Below are positions 1 through 10,884 of a DNA stretch of 11,671 nucleotides, one piece after another (within the stretch, counting starts at the first letter, position 1; each line of letters begins with the position of its first letter). Origin of the DNA: Octopus sinensis (lineage: Eukaryota); contig NW_021826867.1 in assembly GCF_006345805.1 (NCBI RefSeq), forward strand, positions 1 to 11,671, read 5' to 3'. Made by a program: the position numbers and the translations under genes. A model generated the notes under the pieces. That model had not been told where the DNA came from and did not search any database. It was given only the letters and a program-made list of their open reading frames with translations.

Positions 1-214
1 GTGTGCGTTTGTGTGTGTAGTTGAAATTTACAGAAAAACAAAAGACGAAGACAGGTTTATCAACAGCAAGCAGGTGTATTAGTTTGAGGCTCGGGAAGGT
101 GAGACAGTGTTTTAAACGTTCGAGCCTACGCTCTTCAATAGAAAGGAACACGAGAAAATAAACAGAGAGAGAATTAAAACAAAGCTTGTGGATTTATCGC
201 TCAATCATGGCGAC

Positions 215-255
215 TGTGTGTATATATATATATGTACATATATATATAGATATTT

Positions 256-290
<35 letters not shown>

Positions 291-291
291 A

Positions 292-331
<40 letters not shown>

Positions 332-508
332 ATATATATACATACATATATATATGTATGTAAATATGTATATAATGTATATACATATGCAATCATACAT
401 ATATATATATAAATATATGATTTATATATGTATAATACACACACACACACACACACACTATATATATATATAATATATATATATATTATATATATATTAT
501 ATTATATA
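215..508. repeat. Compound (TA)n/(TG)n/(CA)n microsatellite
   Basis: Dinucleotide runs are directly visible. They explain the YIYI/THTH ORFs in the track. Confidence 0.95.
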
Positions 509-964
509 GGTATAAAAATTATATAAAAGAAACAAGAACGTGAAATACACCAAGGGGACGAACACAGAAACAGACGGTTCATTCGAAGCCTTTAATCTTC
601 AGTCAGAAACCGGATCATCATAGCAAATTTCGGCTGATAAATTCTGATATTTGCTCCGACGCGGCCAGCCCCAATGAAAACTAATCTGTGAGCATTAGAT
701 TTCTTGGAAAAAGGAACGAATGTAAACGCAACAAGGACAGAAAAACGGACGAAGCCACGAATATAAATACAAAATACGAAAACAAAAATAAAAATAAAAA
801 CAAGAATGGTAATAACAGGATAAAAGCAGGTGTCTTACGACTTTAGACAAATTGAGACAAATTTAACTTATATAGCAGGCGTGTTTGGAAAAAATTGCCT
901 TTTCGGCAGACGGGGAACGATGTTGAACGGGCTGCGGTCACCAACGAAATGGCTTGTTATTCAG

Positions 965-1135
965 CAGGTCACATGAGGGTAGAGAGAGAGAAAGAGAGAA
1001 AGAGGGAGAAGGAATTAAAGAGGGTGGAAGACACAGAGGGCGCCAAGGATTGACCAGGTCACGTGAGAGTAGGGAGAGAGAAAGAAGGAATTAAAGAGGA
1101 TGGAAGAAAGAGGGGGGAAGAGACAGAGCGCACCA
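965..1135 (+). repeat. Imperfect direct repeat, two ~81-bp purine-rich units (965-1045, 1055-1135)
   Basis: Both units start CAGGTCAC(A/G)TGAG, share GAAGGAATTAAAGAGG and end ACAGAG(G/C)GC(G/A)CCA-like. Confidence 0.75.
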
Positions 1136-1192
1136 GCATATATATGTGTGTGTGTTTGCGTGTATGTGCGTGTATGTGTGTGTTTGTGTGTA

Positions 1193-1514
1193 TAGTCGGT
1201 ATCCAAATTTTCCGAACTACATCTGTAGCTCGACAAGAGATGGTAGTACACGGTTGCGTTTGCAGTAAGAGCTAGTAGTGACATCCATTAAGCCTTGTGC
1301 CGAGGGACATCGCTGTATTCGCAAGTGGTGAAGTTTGTGTTTTTGTGATGACGTGAATAATGTAGCCTGCGATTTTGTCATGGACAGGAAGTTGGAACAA
1401 AGAGCCAACGTGAAAATTTGCTTTAAACTTGAGAATTCTGCTACTAAGACATTAAGCATGCTTCGGCAAGCTTACGGTGATGAGGTTATGGGTCGTACGT
1501 GCGTATTTTATTGA
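1193..1514 (+). mobile_element. Mariner (Tc1/mariner) 5' fragment with transposase N-terminal HTH remnant
   Basis: 1380-1514 translates MDRKLEQRANVKICFKLENSATKTLSMLRQAYGDEVMGRTCVFY*. This matches the mariner N-terminal pattern EQRxxIKFCFKLGKSAxETxxMLxxAYGD, recognised from memory. The left boundary (putative TIR/5' UTR) is approximate. Confidence 0.75.
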
Positions 1515-2395
1515 CGAACGAGGGCATAATATCGATGATGTTCCAATTTACATTGAAACACTAATATCCTTGATCTCTCAGCTTCCAAATGAGACACGAA
1601 AGGATAGTAGGTAGGGTCCACCTTATTCTTATACTTAAAATGGTTTGACAGTAGTTTTGTAATCCTTTGAGATATTTCAAGTTAAATCCCATATAGTTCC
1701 TCTGGATAGCATCTAGTGAAATGAGCGTAGTTCTATAAACCAGAAGTCCCTCGAAAGACGTGTTCGGTTCGTATAATTACAGATGGGGTTGCTGAAGAAG
1801 GGACGATACAGAAGTATTATATTGGTTGTGGCTTGCAATATATATCGATTCTGGCTTGTCTAGGCAGGAATAACTAAACTTAACATTATGTGCGTCGAAG
1901 GTTTTGTGGTATTTATTTGATGCCGGAAAGTGCTGTCTTAGTAGCTAGATCGAAAGTTCCGAGCAATGTTTTATAGTAACGTCTAAATCTAGGGACGGGG
2001 AATCTTAAACAAATTTATTCTCGTTCTTTTAGACTTTCTGGTCGTTTGGGGTTAATGGTTGGAAAATGATTTTCTATATAAACTATATTCGAACAAAAAA
2101 AAAACCACTTGAAGATAAGGCTAATTTATAAGTTGGATACTCTTCTACTTAAACGTATTATTTCCCAATTATAGAGCTGAAAATGCTTGCAGTCCTTTTA
2201 GAAGTATATTATCTCTTTAGTTGGTTTTATATAAAAGTGGTGTTTATCTGTCTAAAGCTCAAGTGTAATATTTAAGACAGCAGTCAAAGCGAGTTCAGGC
2301 GATGGCTTAGGATTTATGGAATATCTGGTCAATTAGACATGTCATTTCGTACTCAGAAAACTCGGAGGAATGGCTCTGTATCTCAATAACCACCA
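1500..2395 (-). mobile_element. Decayed Penelope-like element fragment (RT C-terminus/thumb, linker, GIY-YIG endonuclease)
   Basis: Manual minus-strand translation across several frames gives motifs in the expected order: LNITLEL*TDKHHFYIKPTKEIIYF (~2205-2280), RRVSNL, QHFPASNKYHKTFDAHNVKFSYSCL (SYSC at 1864-1875), CNYTNRTR (degenerate CxC linker, ~1773), RNYMG (YIG-like, ~1690), FKYKNK and LRDQGY..NVNWNIID (~1531-1575). There are many stops and frameshifts. Confidence 0.75.
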
Positions 2396-2515
2396 ACCTA
2401 CACATATAAAATGTGTCAGTGTTTTTGTGTATGTCATACAGGCGAATGTGTGAACCCTTCCAATGCAGAATATATACATGTATGTATATATTTTTTATTT
2501 AATATTCATCGTATG

Positions 2516-2516
<1 letters not shown>

Positions 2517-2574
<58 letters not shown>

Positions 2575-2920
2575 TATATACATACATATATATATATATT
2601 CACACACATATACTTATATCATATATATGTATATATATGTGCATAGATGCATTGTATATACATGTGTGTGTGCACATATACATATACAATTATATATACA
2701 TATATATTTATAAGTATTTACATATATATGCATATATATATATGCATATGCATTTAAATATATATATATATATACACATACAGAGAAGGACTATACATAT
2801 ACATATATGTGTGTGTGTGTGTGTGCGCGTGTGTGTGTGTGTGTGTGCGCGTGTGTGTGTATGTGTGTGTGTGTGCATTTATGTATGTATGTATGTATAT
2901 ATGTATGTTATGTATGTATG
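2517..2920. repeat. Compound (TA)n, (TG)n/(CG) and (TATG)n microsatellite
   Basis: Simple repeats are directly visible. Confidence 0.95.
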
Positions 2921-3197
2921 AGGCAATTATTTTTATCAGCACGACGTCGACTGTAGCCAGCAATTGAAAACGTTCGCTACAGACTCGAAAGGTTAAAGGT
3001 TATTATCTTCGAGTAACAATGGTAAACTGGAAGAAAATCGATTAATCAGGCGAGTGGATAGAATTTACGTAACAGGAAAATAAATGAAGAGTGGAATTTG
3101 GTAGAGAAATCTTCTACAAGACAGTTCAGAACTGTAGAAATCATTTGTATCTTGAATATTATGTCGTAACATTCATCAGGCTGCAGTTAGCAAATGC

Positions 3198-3445
3198 CGT
3201 TTGTTTGTTTGTTTGTTTGTTTGCTTGTCTACACATAAGAATCTGTGAAAAACAAACGTACCAAAATCAATGTTTTGAAAAGGAAGGAAATGAGAGAAAA
3301 ACTGTATATATATATATATATATAGACATCTTTTGTCATACAAATATATACACATACGCGCGGGCAATTATATATAGATATACATACATGCATGCGCACA
3401 CACAAATATACGTATATACATATATACATGCACGTGTATGCATAG
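3198..3445. repeat. (TTTG)n followed by degenerate TA/CA low-complexity sequence
   Basis: Simple repeats are directly visible, with a short non-repetitive stretch between them. Confidence 0.75.
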
Positions 3446-3448
3446 ATA

Positions 3449-4045
3449 AGTTTCTTTATTGGCCACACAGGGCTGCACACAGGTGGGACAAGTTACAAGG
3501 TAGAGCTTTTCTTTTGGGGGATGAAAAAAACAAAAAACAAAAGAAACAAAAAAAGGGAGGGCGTAGGTTTTCGATCAAGAGGGAAGAAAAGAACAAAAAA
3601 TAAAAGAAATAAAAGAAAAAAGAAAAAAGAAAAAGAAAAAAAGAAAAGGAAAAGGAACAAAAGAAAATAGAAATGAAAAAAGAAGAAAAAAGGGGAATAA
3701 AAGGGGAAGAGGAAAAAAAACGATCAATAGGGATCGTGAATCACAGTGTTATGTAAAGGGGAAAGCAAGTAAGGTTTATCCGTGGGAAGAAAAGCCTACG
3801 AAAAAGACCACGGTAACCTTGGTCAATATTGTTATATGTTACCACATTTGTTTGCAAGTGGGTAACCCTCTGTTTTCAATTTCTGGGTTCATAGGATTAT
3901 GCTCAAGGTGGCTTCGTCATTCATACGTGCCATCCTTGCTACGTTCATTCATACGTGCCATCCTTGCTACGTTCACCCATCTTTTTTTAAAACATTCGTT
4001 AGACAAAACTTGCCTCTCTACTCTCACTTTCCTTTTCAAGTGGTA
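3449..4045 (-). mobile_element. 5'-truncated Tx1-type LINE, copy C (last ~42 codons of ORF2 plus 3' UTR)
   Basis: Minus strand encodes YHLKRKVRVERQVLSNECFKKRWVNVARMARMNDEATLSIIL* once a 28-bp tandem duplication (3917-3972) is removed. The stop is at 3889-3891. It is 30/42 aa identical to the ORF2 end of copy A by hand alignment. It shares the 3' terminal block ending GTGGCCAATAAAGAAA. Confidence 0.9.
3455..3460 (-). promoter_or_regulatory. AATAAA poly(A)-signal-like hexamer at the 3' end of LINE copy C
   Basis: TTTATT on the plus strand, 6 nt from the element end. The same hexamer is in copy B (4302-4307). Copy A has AAAAAA at this position. Confidence 0.5.
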
Positions 4046-4067
4046 GATAGATAGATAGATAGATAGG

Positions 4068-4159
<92 letters not shown>

Positions 4160-4217
4160 CTGAATGATTGATTGATTGATAGATAGATACATAGATTGAT
4201 TGATTGATTGATTGATT

Positions 4218-4286
<69 letters not shown>

Positions 4287-4295
4287 TGATAGATA
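4046..4295. repeat. Compound (GATA)n/(GATT)n tetranucleotide array
   Basis: Alternating GATA and GATT blocks lie between LINE copies C and B. Confidence 0.97.
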
Positions 4296-4619
<324 letters not shown>

Positions 4620-4921
4620 CTTTCTTTTTTAGCCACACAGGGCTGAATACAGAGGGGACAAATACAATGCAGAGCTTTTCTTTTCGAGGGTGGAAAAAAA
4701 GAAATAAATGTAAGATTGCGATCAAAAGGGATCGAGAGGAGGAAAAAAAAAAAGGAAAAAAAAGGAAATCGTGTATCACAGAAATAATGATATAAACATT
4801 GATATAACAAGATGGGTTCATCCGTGGGAAGAAAAGCCTACAGAAAAGACCACGGGAACCTCAGTCAGGGAGGAAATAACCACATGAGATCAAAATGCTC
4901 TCTTTCTTTCTTTTTTACGAT

Positions 4922-7900
4922 CTACAGGATCATGCTCAAAATGGTTTCGTTACTAGCACGCACCATCTTTGCAACATTCACCCATCTTTTTTTGAATCTT
5001 TCGCGAGACAAAACTTCCCTCTCCATTCTCACCTTCCTTTTCAAGTGGTACTTGAAAAAGTTGATGAGCGATTGGCCAGAGAGGTAAGTGTTTGTCTCTA
5101 ATCCTTTCGCTCGAGTCCACCACACACATTCTTTCACCATGGCCACCAGTACGATGAAAACTGCCTTGCCTTCCCGGTTGAGGGAAGGGGGCGGAGCAAT
5201 TTTCACGATAGACTCGGCCGATAGGCGGATTCGTCCCACACGTGACAGCAGCCGTTCGGCATAAGCCCACAGGTCGAAATGGTTGGACATTGCACGAGTG
5301 CGTGCAGAACGGTTTCGTCGCTCTGACCGCATCTCGGGCAAGTCGGTCCAGTGTGTCTGGAACCGTGTCTGTAGAGCTTATCCCGAACAGGTAATGCTTC
5401 TCGATAGCACTGCCAGGCCAGGGATCTTTGGTGATTGTTCATAGGTCCCGGCCCGAAAGTTGTCCTGAACAGGCGGGTCAGGTGTTCCTCGTCGACGCCC
5501 CCAGACTCTGCCCGAGTTCGTCGTCGCACCTCCCCTCCACTAATCCTCTATAGAATGCCTTTGTTGTGATGGAGTCGCACAAGTTCGATCCCGGACGGCA
5601 GAGTTGCTTGAGAGCAACGCGACACTCGCGGTGCCATTCGCCTAGCCTCGGTCTCTGCTTGATCCATGACTGTAGTTCGTCCAAGGAGACGAGCTGCGGG
5701 AAAGCGCGCCGCACAAAAGGCGACCACACCTGTTCACCGTTCTATGAAGCGCCGGAGATGTCGCAGTCTCAGCGCATGTCTGCGCATCATCAACCACGGC
5801 ATGCCCAGCCCTCCATTTAGCGGGTGTTGACAGCAAATGGATCGCCTAACCATCGGAACGTTTCCCTTCCAAAGAAGCGGAAGAGTATACGTTCCAGTTT
5901 GGTGATGGTAGGGTCGGGACAAGGCACGACGGTCAGACGATACTCGATGACGGATGCGATGTACGCGTTCGCCACCTCCGCCCGACCTTTTAGGGATAGC
6001 TTTCTCTCAGTCCATTTCTGGGTGAGAGTAGCCACCCTAGTCGTTATCTCGCCCCAGTTCTTCTCCATTTGGAGGTCCGGACCGAACCAGACCCCGAGCA
6101 ATTTAACCGGTCCGTCCGTCCAGCGTCCCACGATGGAGACGCTGTTGGACGGCATGGGCTTGCTTCTCCAGGTGCCGAGCCGCAAGCCCACTGACTTTTC
6201 CCGGTTAATTTTTGCTCCCGTTACCGCTTCGTATTCTTTTAGTGTCTCGCCGACCAGCTCGATGTGCTCGTAGCTCGACACTATGACGGTGACGTCATCC
6301 GCGTATGCAGACACGCTCCTCCCGCATCCCAGCTCTCGTGGGATGCCCCTCAGCGTCGCCAGTTTCCGCAGTAGTGGCTCAAGAGTCAGTACATACAGCA
6401 GCGATGAGAGGGGGCATCCCTGACGAACCGAACGCATGATGTTAAAAGGTCTGGATAGATGACCATTTACGCGAACTACTGAGCGGATGCCGCTGTATAA
6501 GGCAGCGATCCAACCGCGGAAAACTGGACCGAACCAGCCGCTTTAAGACAGCCTCCAAGTAGTGATGGTCTACCCTATCGAAGGCTTTTGATTGATCCAA
6601 ATTGATCAGCGCCCCACCCATGCCAGGATTTTAACTACCCTGTCTATGATGTAGCGCATCAGATGGAGGTTGTCATGAATACTTCTACCCGGCACGGCGC
6701 ATGTTTGCGCCTTGTCGATTAGTTTCTTGATGACAAGCGCCAACCTCTCGGCTAACACCTTGGCCAAAATTTTCAAATCTGCGTTGAGCAGAGTGATGGG
6801 CCTGAAATTATCTATGACGTCCCCCTTGTTTGGGTCTTTCTTAATCAGTGCCACTGCTCCTCGCTTACAAAAGCAGGAATACTCCCGTTCTGCTGCCAGT
6901 TGCAGTAGACAGCTGCCAAGACGCCTCCAAACAAGTCTGGCATATGAAAATAAAGTTCGTAGGGCAGACCATCCAAGCCTGGTGACTTGTCTCTCGCGCA
7001 GCCTACCATCGCATCCTGTACGTCCGCAGCTGTGATAGGCCTTTCACAAGACTCCACCTCTCTTGCTGAGAGTTGTGGCAAGGCATGCAGGTAGGCACTA
7101 AAGTCCACTCTGCGTTCTGACCCACCACTTGTCCCAAACAGTTGGGTGAAGTGTTGTTGAAAAGCCCCACACATCCTTTTAGGCTCGAGCAATTCGCGCC
7201 CCTGTTCATCTATAAGAGACTTGATGGTGGCTCTGTTGCCTCGTTGCGTCTCCACCACTCGGGCCTCTTGGGCGGCTCCAACTCCTTCGTTCCTCAGAGC
7301 ACACATCCTAGCTCTGACAACGCCAATCTCGCCGCCAGCACGTTGGACGCGATGCCAGTTCTAAGTGCCTCTTCTAAAACCTTAACTAATTCTCCCTCTA
7401 TTCTATTTCGGTCTAATGCTAGGGCTCTACTGTATCTGACTGATTCTGTTTAATTAATGCTTTTTTTAGGGCATACCACCATCTGTTGTTGATGATGGTA
7501 CCCATCAAAGCTCTCTTAACTAATGTGCTGATCCGGTCCCTGTAAACCTGTCGTGCTGTAAAAGACGCGTTCAGTTTCCAGTAACCAGGACCCTGCCTAT
7601 GTGTCTTATCTAAGTCAAGTGTACAAGTCACAAACTTGTGATCTGTGTAACTGACTATATGAAATTGTGGACAACCTACACTATTTTTATCTATTGTCCT
7701 ACAGAATACTCTATCTAAGTATGATCTGGACGACCCGATGCGGTTACTCCATGTCCACATTGGCACATTCGGGTGGTCCAGTCGGTACCTGTCAGACAGT
7801 TGGAAACGTCTGAGCAGGTCTTTGAGGCATTTGCATCCCCTTCTATTGCTATCTCTGCCCACGTAGTCTAGATGCGTGTCCAGGGTGGCATTCCAATCCC

Positions 7901-8317
7901 CCACTAAAAGTAAAGGACGAGACGTTCCCATGAAAGACTCTAGACGTCGAAAGAAATCTGGTCGGCCTGTTAAGGACGGAGCATAAACTGCTATCAGTCG
8001 AAAAGCACACTCATTGCTGCCATCGACATCCAAAACGACCAGCCTACCTCCGGGTCTAGGAAATTTGCTCTTACTTTGAGATCCAGACTCTTCCGGATAA
8101 GCACCGCGGTGCCACTTCCGCCCATTCTCGGTAGACACGGAGAAAAATAAATGTTGAAATGTGTACCGAAAATGTGCTGGAGTGCCCGCAAGCTGTGGAG
8201 TCTGGTCTCACTGATGGCTATGATATTCAGATTTAGTGACTTGATGTCATTTAACAGGTAGCCTTGTTTCCAAGGCGACCCCAAACCACGTACATTTATA
8301 CTGCCTATTCTGAGCAT
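4922..8317 (-). pseudogene. LINE ORF2: AP-like endonuclease + reverse transcriptase + C-terminal CCHC zinc finger, frameshifted
   Basis: EN motifs: MLRIGSINVRGL, IAISET, LIAVYAP, VGDWNA, SYLDRV, TDHK. Linker: GYWKLN. RT motifs: SPGLDGLPYELY, FRPITLLNADLKILAKVLA, LDQSKAFDRVDH, VRQGCPLS, AYADDV (YADD 6294-6305), KLLGV, GGLGMP. Zinc finger: CPRCGQSDETVLHALVQC. About 10 frame switches, stop at 4922. Confidence 0.95.
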
Positions 8318-8417
8318 GTTCCGATAAAATTGTGTTTTACACACGAAAAGAAAGTGCAAAAAAGGAAAGAGAGAGAGAAAAGGTTACTTGTTGTTCGAAA
8401 GTCCTTTGTCTTTCACC

Positions 8418-10369
8418 TCACGGTCTTCTTCTATGAGGCTTTTTGTACAGTTTTTCGATGAATACTTTTGAAATCTCCCTACTTGCATCAGGGTAAAGAG
8501 ATTTCAGGATGCTGTATGTGTTCTGTGTTACGTGTATTATTTTAATGTGTTGTGGTGGTGTTGTGTGTGGGTGGTTACTTGTTTTTATGTCGTTTTCAGT
8601 TATGTGGTGTTTTGACCTAATGTGTTCCATTAGGTCGTGGTTTTGTTGTGTTTATGGCTGTCAACATTGTTGGGGGGTTGATGATGGTGTTTGTGTTGAG
8701 TGTTTGGTTTTTCTGTGGATGTTTTTGTTTCGGGAGTGGTGTATCTTCCTGCTTTGTTTGTTATTTTTTCTTTTCTTTTTTTTCCCTTTTTCTTCTCCCC
8801 CCCTGTGACTATTTGCCAATCTTCTGTGTCTTCTTCTTCTAATGACAAATCAGACGAATCAGAGCCTGGAAGAGGGAAAATATTGGGGGTCTATTGTCGA
8901 CTGTGTTGATTTTGTTGTTGGTGTTGTTGGTGAGAGTTTGGTTGTGGTGTATGCGGTTTTGGAGGTGGGGTGTGGGTATTTTGTGTTTGAGTGATTGTAG
9001 TATTGTTTGTGTTGTTTGGGGCTCAATTTTGTGGGGATTTGGAGTTGTAATTGTTTCTTCTTCATTTTTGCTGAGTGTCTTTTTGGCAGATGTCCTTGGT
9101 TTGGGAGTTGGTTTATTCTTGGTTGTTGTTGTTGGTGATGTTGCTTCTGTTCTTGGTGCTGCAGTTGGTGTGGTTGTTTGGTTGGTGAGGTTTGTTCCTG
9201 CAAAACGTGGTGTGGGTAGTAAACCTGGTTTATTTGTTTTTTTCCGGCTGTTGTTGTTGTTGCTGTTGTTTTCTTGCGGCAGATTTGCAGTCTTTTTTTA
9301 GGTGTTGCTCACTGCCGCATATGTAGCAACGTGGTCTTCTGCCATCGACGACCACATACAACTTGTGGTCGTCTGATACACATATCTGGGTGGGTATTAT
9401 TTTTATGTCTTCTTGATTTATATGTCGAAGAAATTCTACTTTTTTTCCCACCCAGTTTTTATGCTCCGTGACCGTGGTTTCTAAAATAGTAAAATTTGTC
9501 ATTTTTACACATAAGGCCTTTACAAGCCATAGATTATTAGCTATTTTGGGGACATTGTTTAAAGTGATCTTAGTCACTTTCTGTCACCGATAGCTTGGTG
9601 TAAGTTGGAGTTCATCTGAATGAAGAGTTAGCGTTGAGAAACGTCTAGCTAACTCTTCGGTGTGGAAAACCACTTGTATATGGGCGAACTTGTTCCACCA
9701 GGTCACATAGTCTTTGTAGTTCCAGATGGGTTTCAAGCATTTTTCTATTTTGCTTGTGTTAGCCTTCTCTGGGCTTTTTGTTTTCTTATTAATTATTTTA
9801 TAAATAATTGTTCTTTTTTTTCATCTTCCAATATTTCTTCTGGTATGTTTATCTTCACTATACCATCTAATTCTGTTATTGTAATGTTTGTGTCCTGTAT
9901 TTGTTGAGCCGTAAAATATATTGTTGTTTTTTTTCTTTAATCGCCTCAGCGAAATTTGTTGTTGTTTTGTTATTGTTGTTGCTGGTGGTGATGTTGTTGT
10001 TGGCTGCAGTTTGTAAAATTGGTGTGTTTGGTTCGATTGTGCAAGTAGGAAGGGTGGAAAATTATTTTCATAATTTATCCCTGTATTCGAGCAGCTTTTG
10101 TCAATTTGTTTGGTGGTTACAGTTTTTTGTTTATTCCACTTCAGTTCTTGTTGTTGGAGTAAAAACAGGTCTGAACGGAATTGTTGTTGTTGTTGTTTTT
10201 TGTTGTTGGTGGTGGTGTCAGTGGCAGAAGAGACAGCCGAGGCAGCAGATATCGAAATGGTGTCGCAATTTTTTTTATTCTTGTTGTCATTGTTGTTGTT
10301 GTTTGGTAGTTGAGGTAGTGGATGACGTGGTGTGGTGGTGGTGGGGTGTGGTGGTTGAGTATTATCCAT
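8418..10369 (-). pseudogene. LINE ORF1 (gag-like nucleic-acid-binding protein, ~650 codons), frameshifted
   Basis: Starts MDNTQPP at 10369. A globular middle reads ...KPIWNYKDYVTWWNKFAHIQVVFHTEELARRF...KVTKITLNNVP. A CX2CX4HX4C knuckle CYICGSEQHLKKDC lies at 9287-9328. T/P/Q/N-rich flanks and a basic KKKGKKRKEK patch follow. There are several frameshifts and one in-frame TGA at 9584-9586. The ends are less certain than the core. Confidence 0.82.
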
Positions 10370-10884
10370 TTTACTGTCACATCACGTTTGTCGATTGTAT
10401 TTTTGCAAACTGGGAAAGTTTTTCTCAGAAAACATAGCAGAATATTTTTCCACTATAAGATTTCTTGACATTATTATTTTTTTGTTTCAAGAGAAAAAAT
10501 AAAAGAGATTGAAAATGCCCTTATGGGCGATTTCTATATTTAACACAGCTCAAACGAAAGTTGGGCGTTTGGAAAGTCACAACACTACGACAATGTGGAC
10601 GTAAACAATGGATACAAACGAGAAGAAAGAGAACAGCGTTCGTAATTTACTAGAAACGCTTCGCCGACATTATGTTAAAAAACAAGTTATTGCAGCCAAA
10701 ATTGTGAAATATATTTGAGGCTGAAAATGCCCCTGGGGGCATAATCCCCTCCGAAAACACACCCCAGACGACAGCTGGGTGTCTTACACACTCCGTGTGC
10801 AAAATTTACAACGAAACTTTTCGAGAAACACAATAAAATAAGTAGTTGACTTACAGCCGATCTGTCAACGAATACTATCAAAGA

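Noticed and set aside
505-960. Non-repetitive stretch that looks like an interspersed-repeat terminus
   Set aside because: No protein motif, TIR or ribozyme core could be supported from the sequence alone. It needs a repeat-library search.
1056-1066. GGTCACGTGA E-box as a regulatory site
   Set aside because: It is a short motif within a local duplication, with no associated gene or promoter evidence.
2380-2390. TGA in the Penelope-like fragment as possible selenocysteine recoding
   Set aside because: It sits where an Arg of a YRDD-like motif would be (CGA to TGA decay), and the fragment has many other stops and frameshifts.
3150-3180. Exact CTGATGA on the minus strand followed by a small hairpin
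   Set aside because: There is no GAAA half of the hammerhead core in a usable position and no stems I or III.
186-3603. ORF-track entries rich in YIYI/THTH/CVCV
   Set aside because: They are translations of TA/CA/TG microsatellites that lack stop codons, with no protein signal.
4812-10437. Plus-strand ORFs such as 5824-6273, 6712-7035, 7142-7453 and 9901-10437
   Set aside because: They are antisense shadows of LINE ORF1/ORF2 with no independent motifs.
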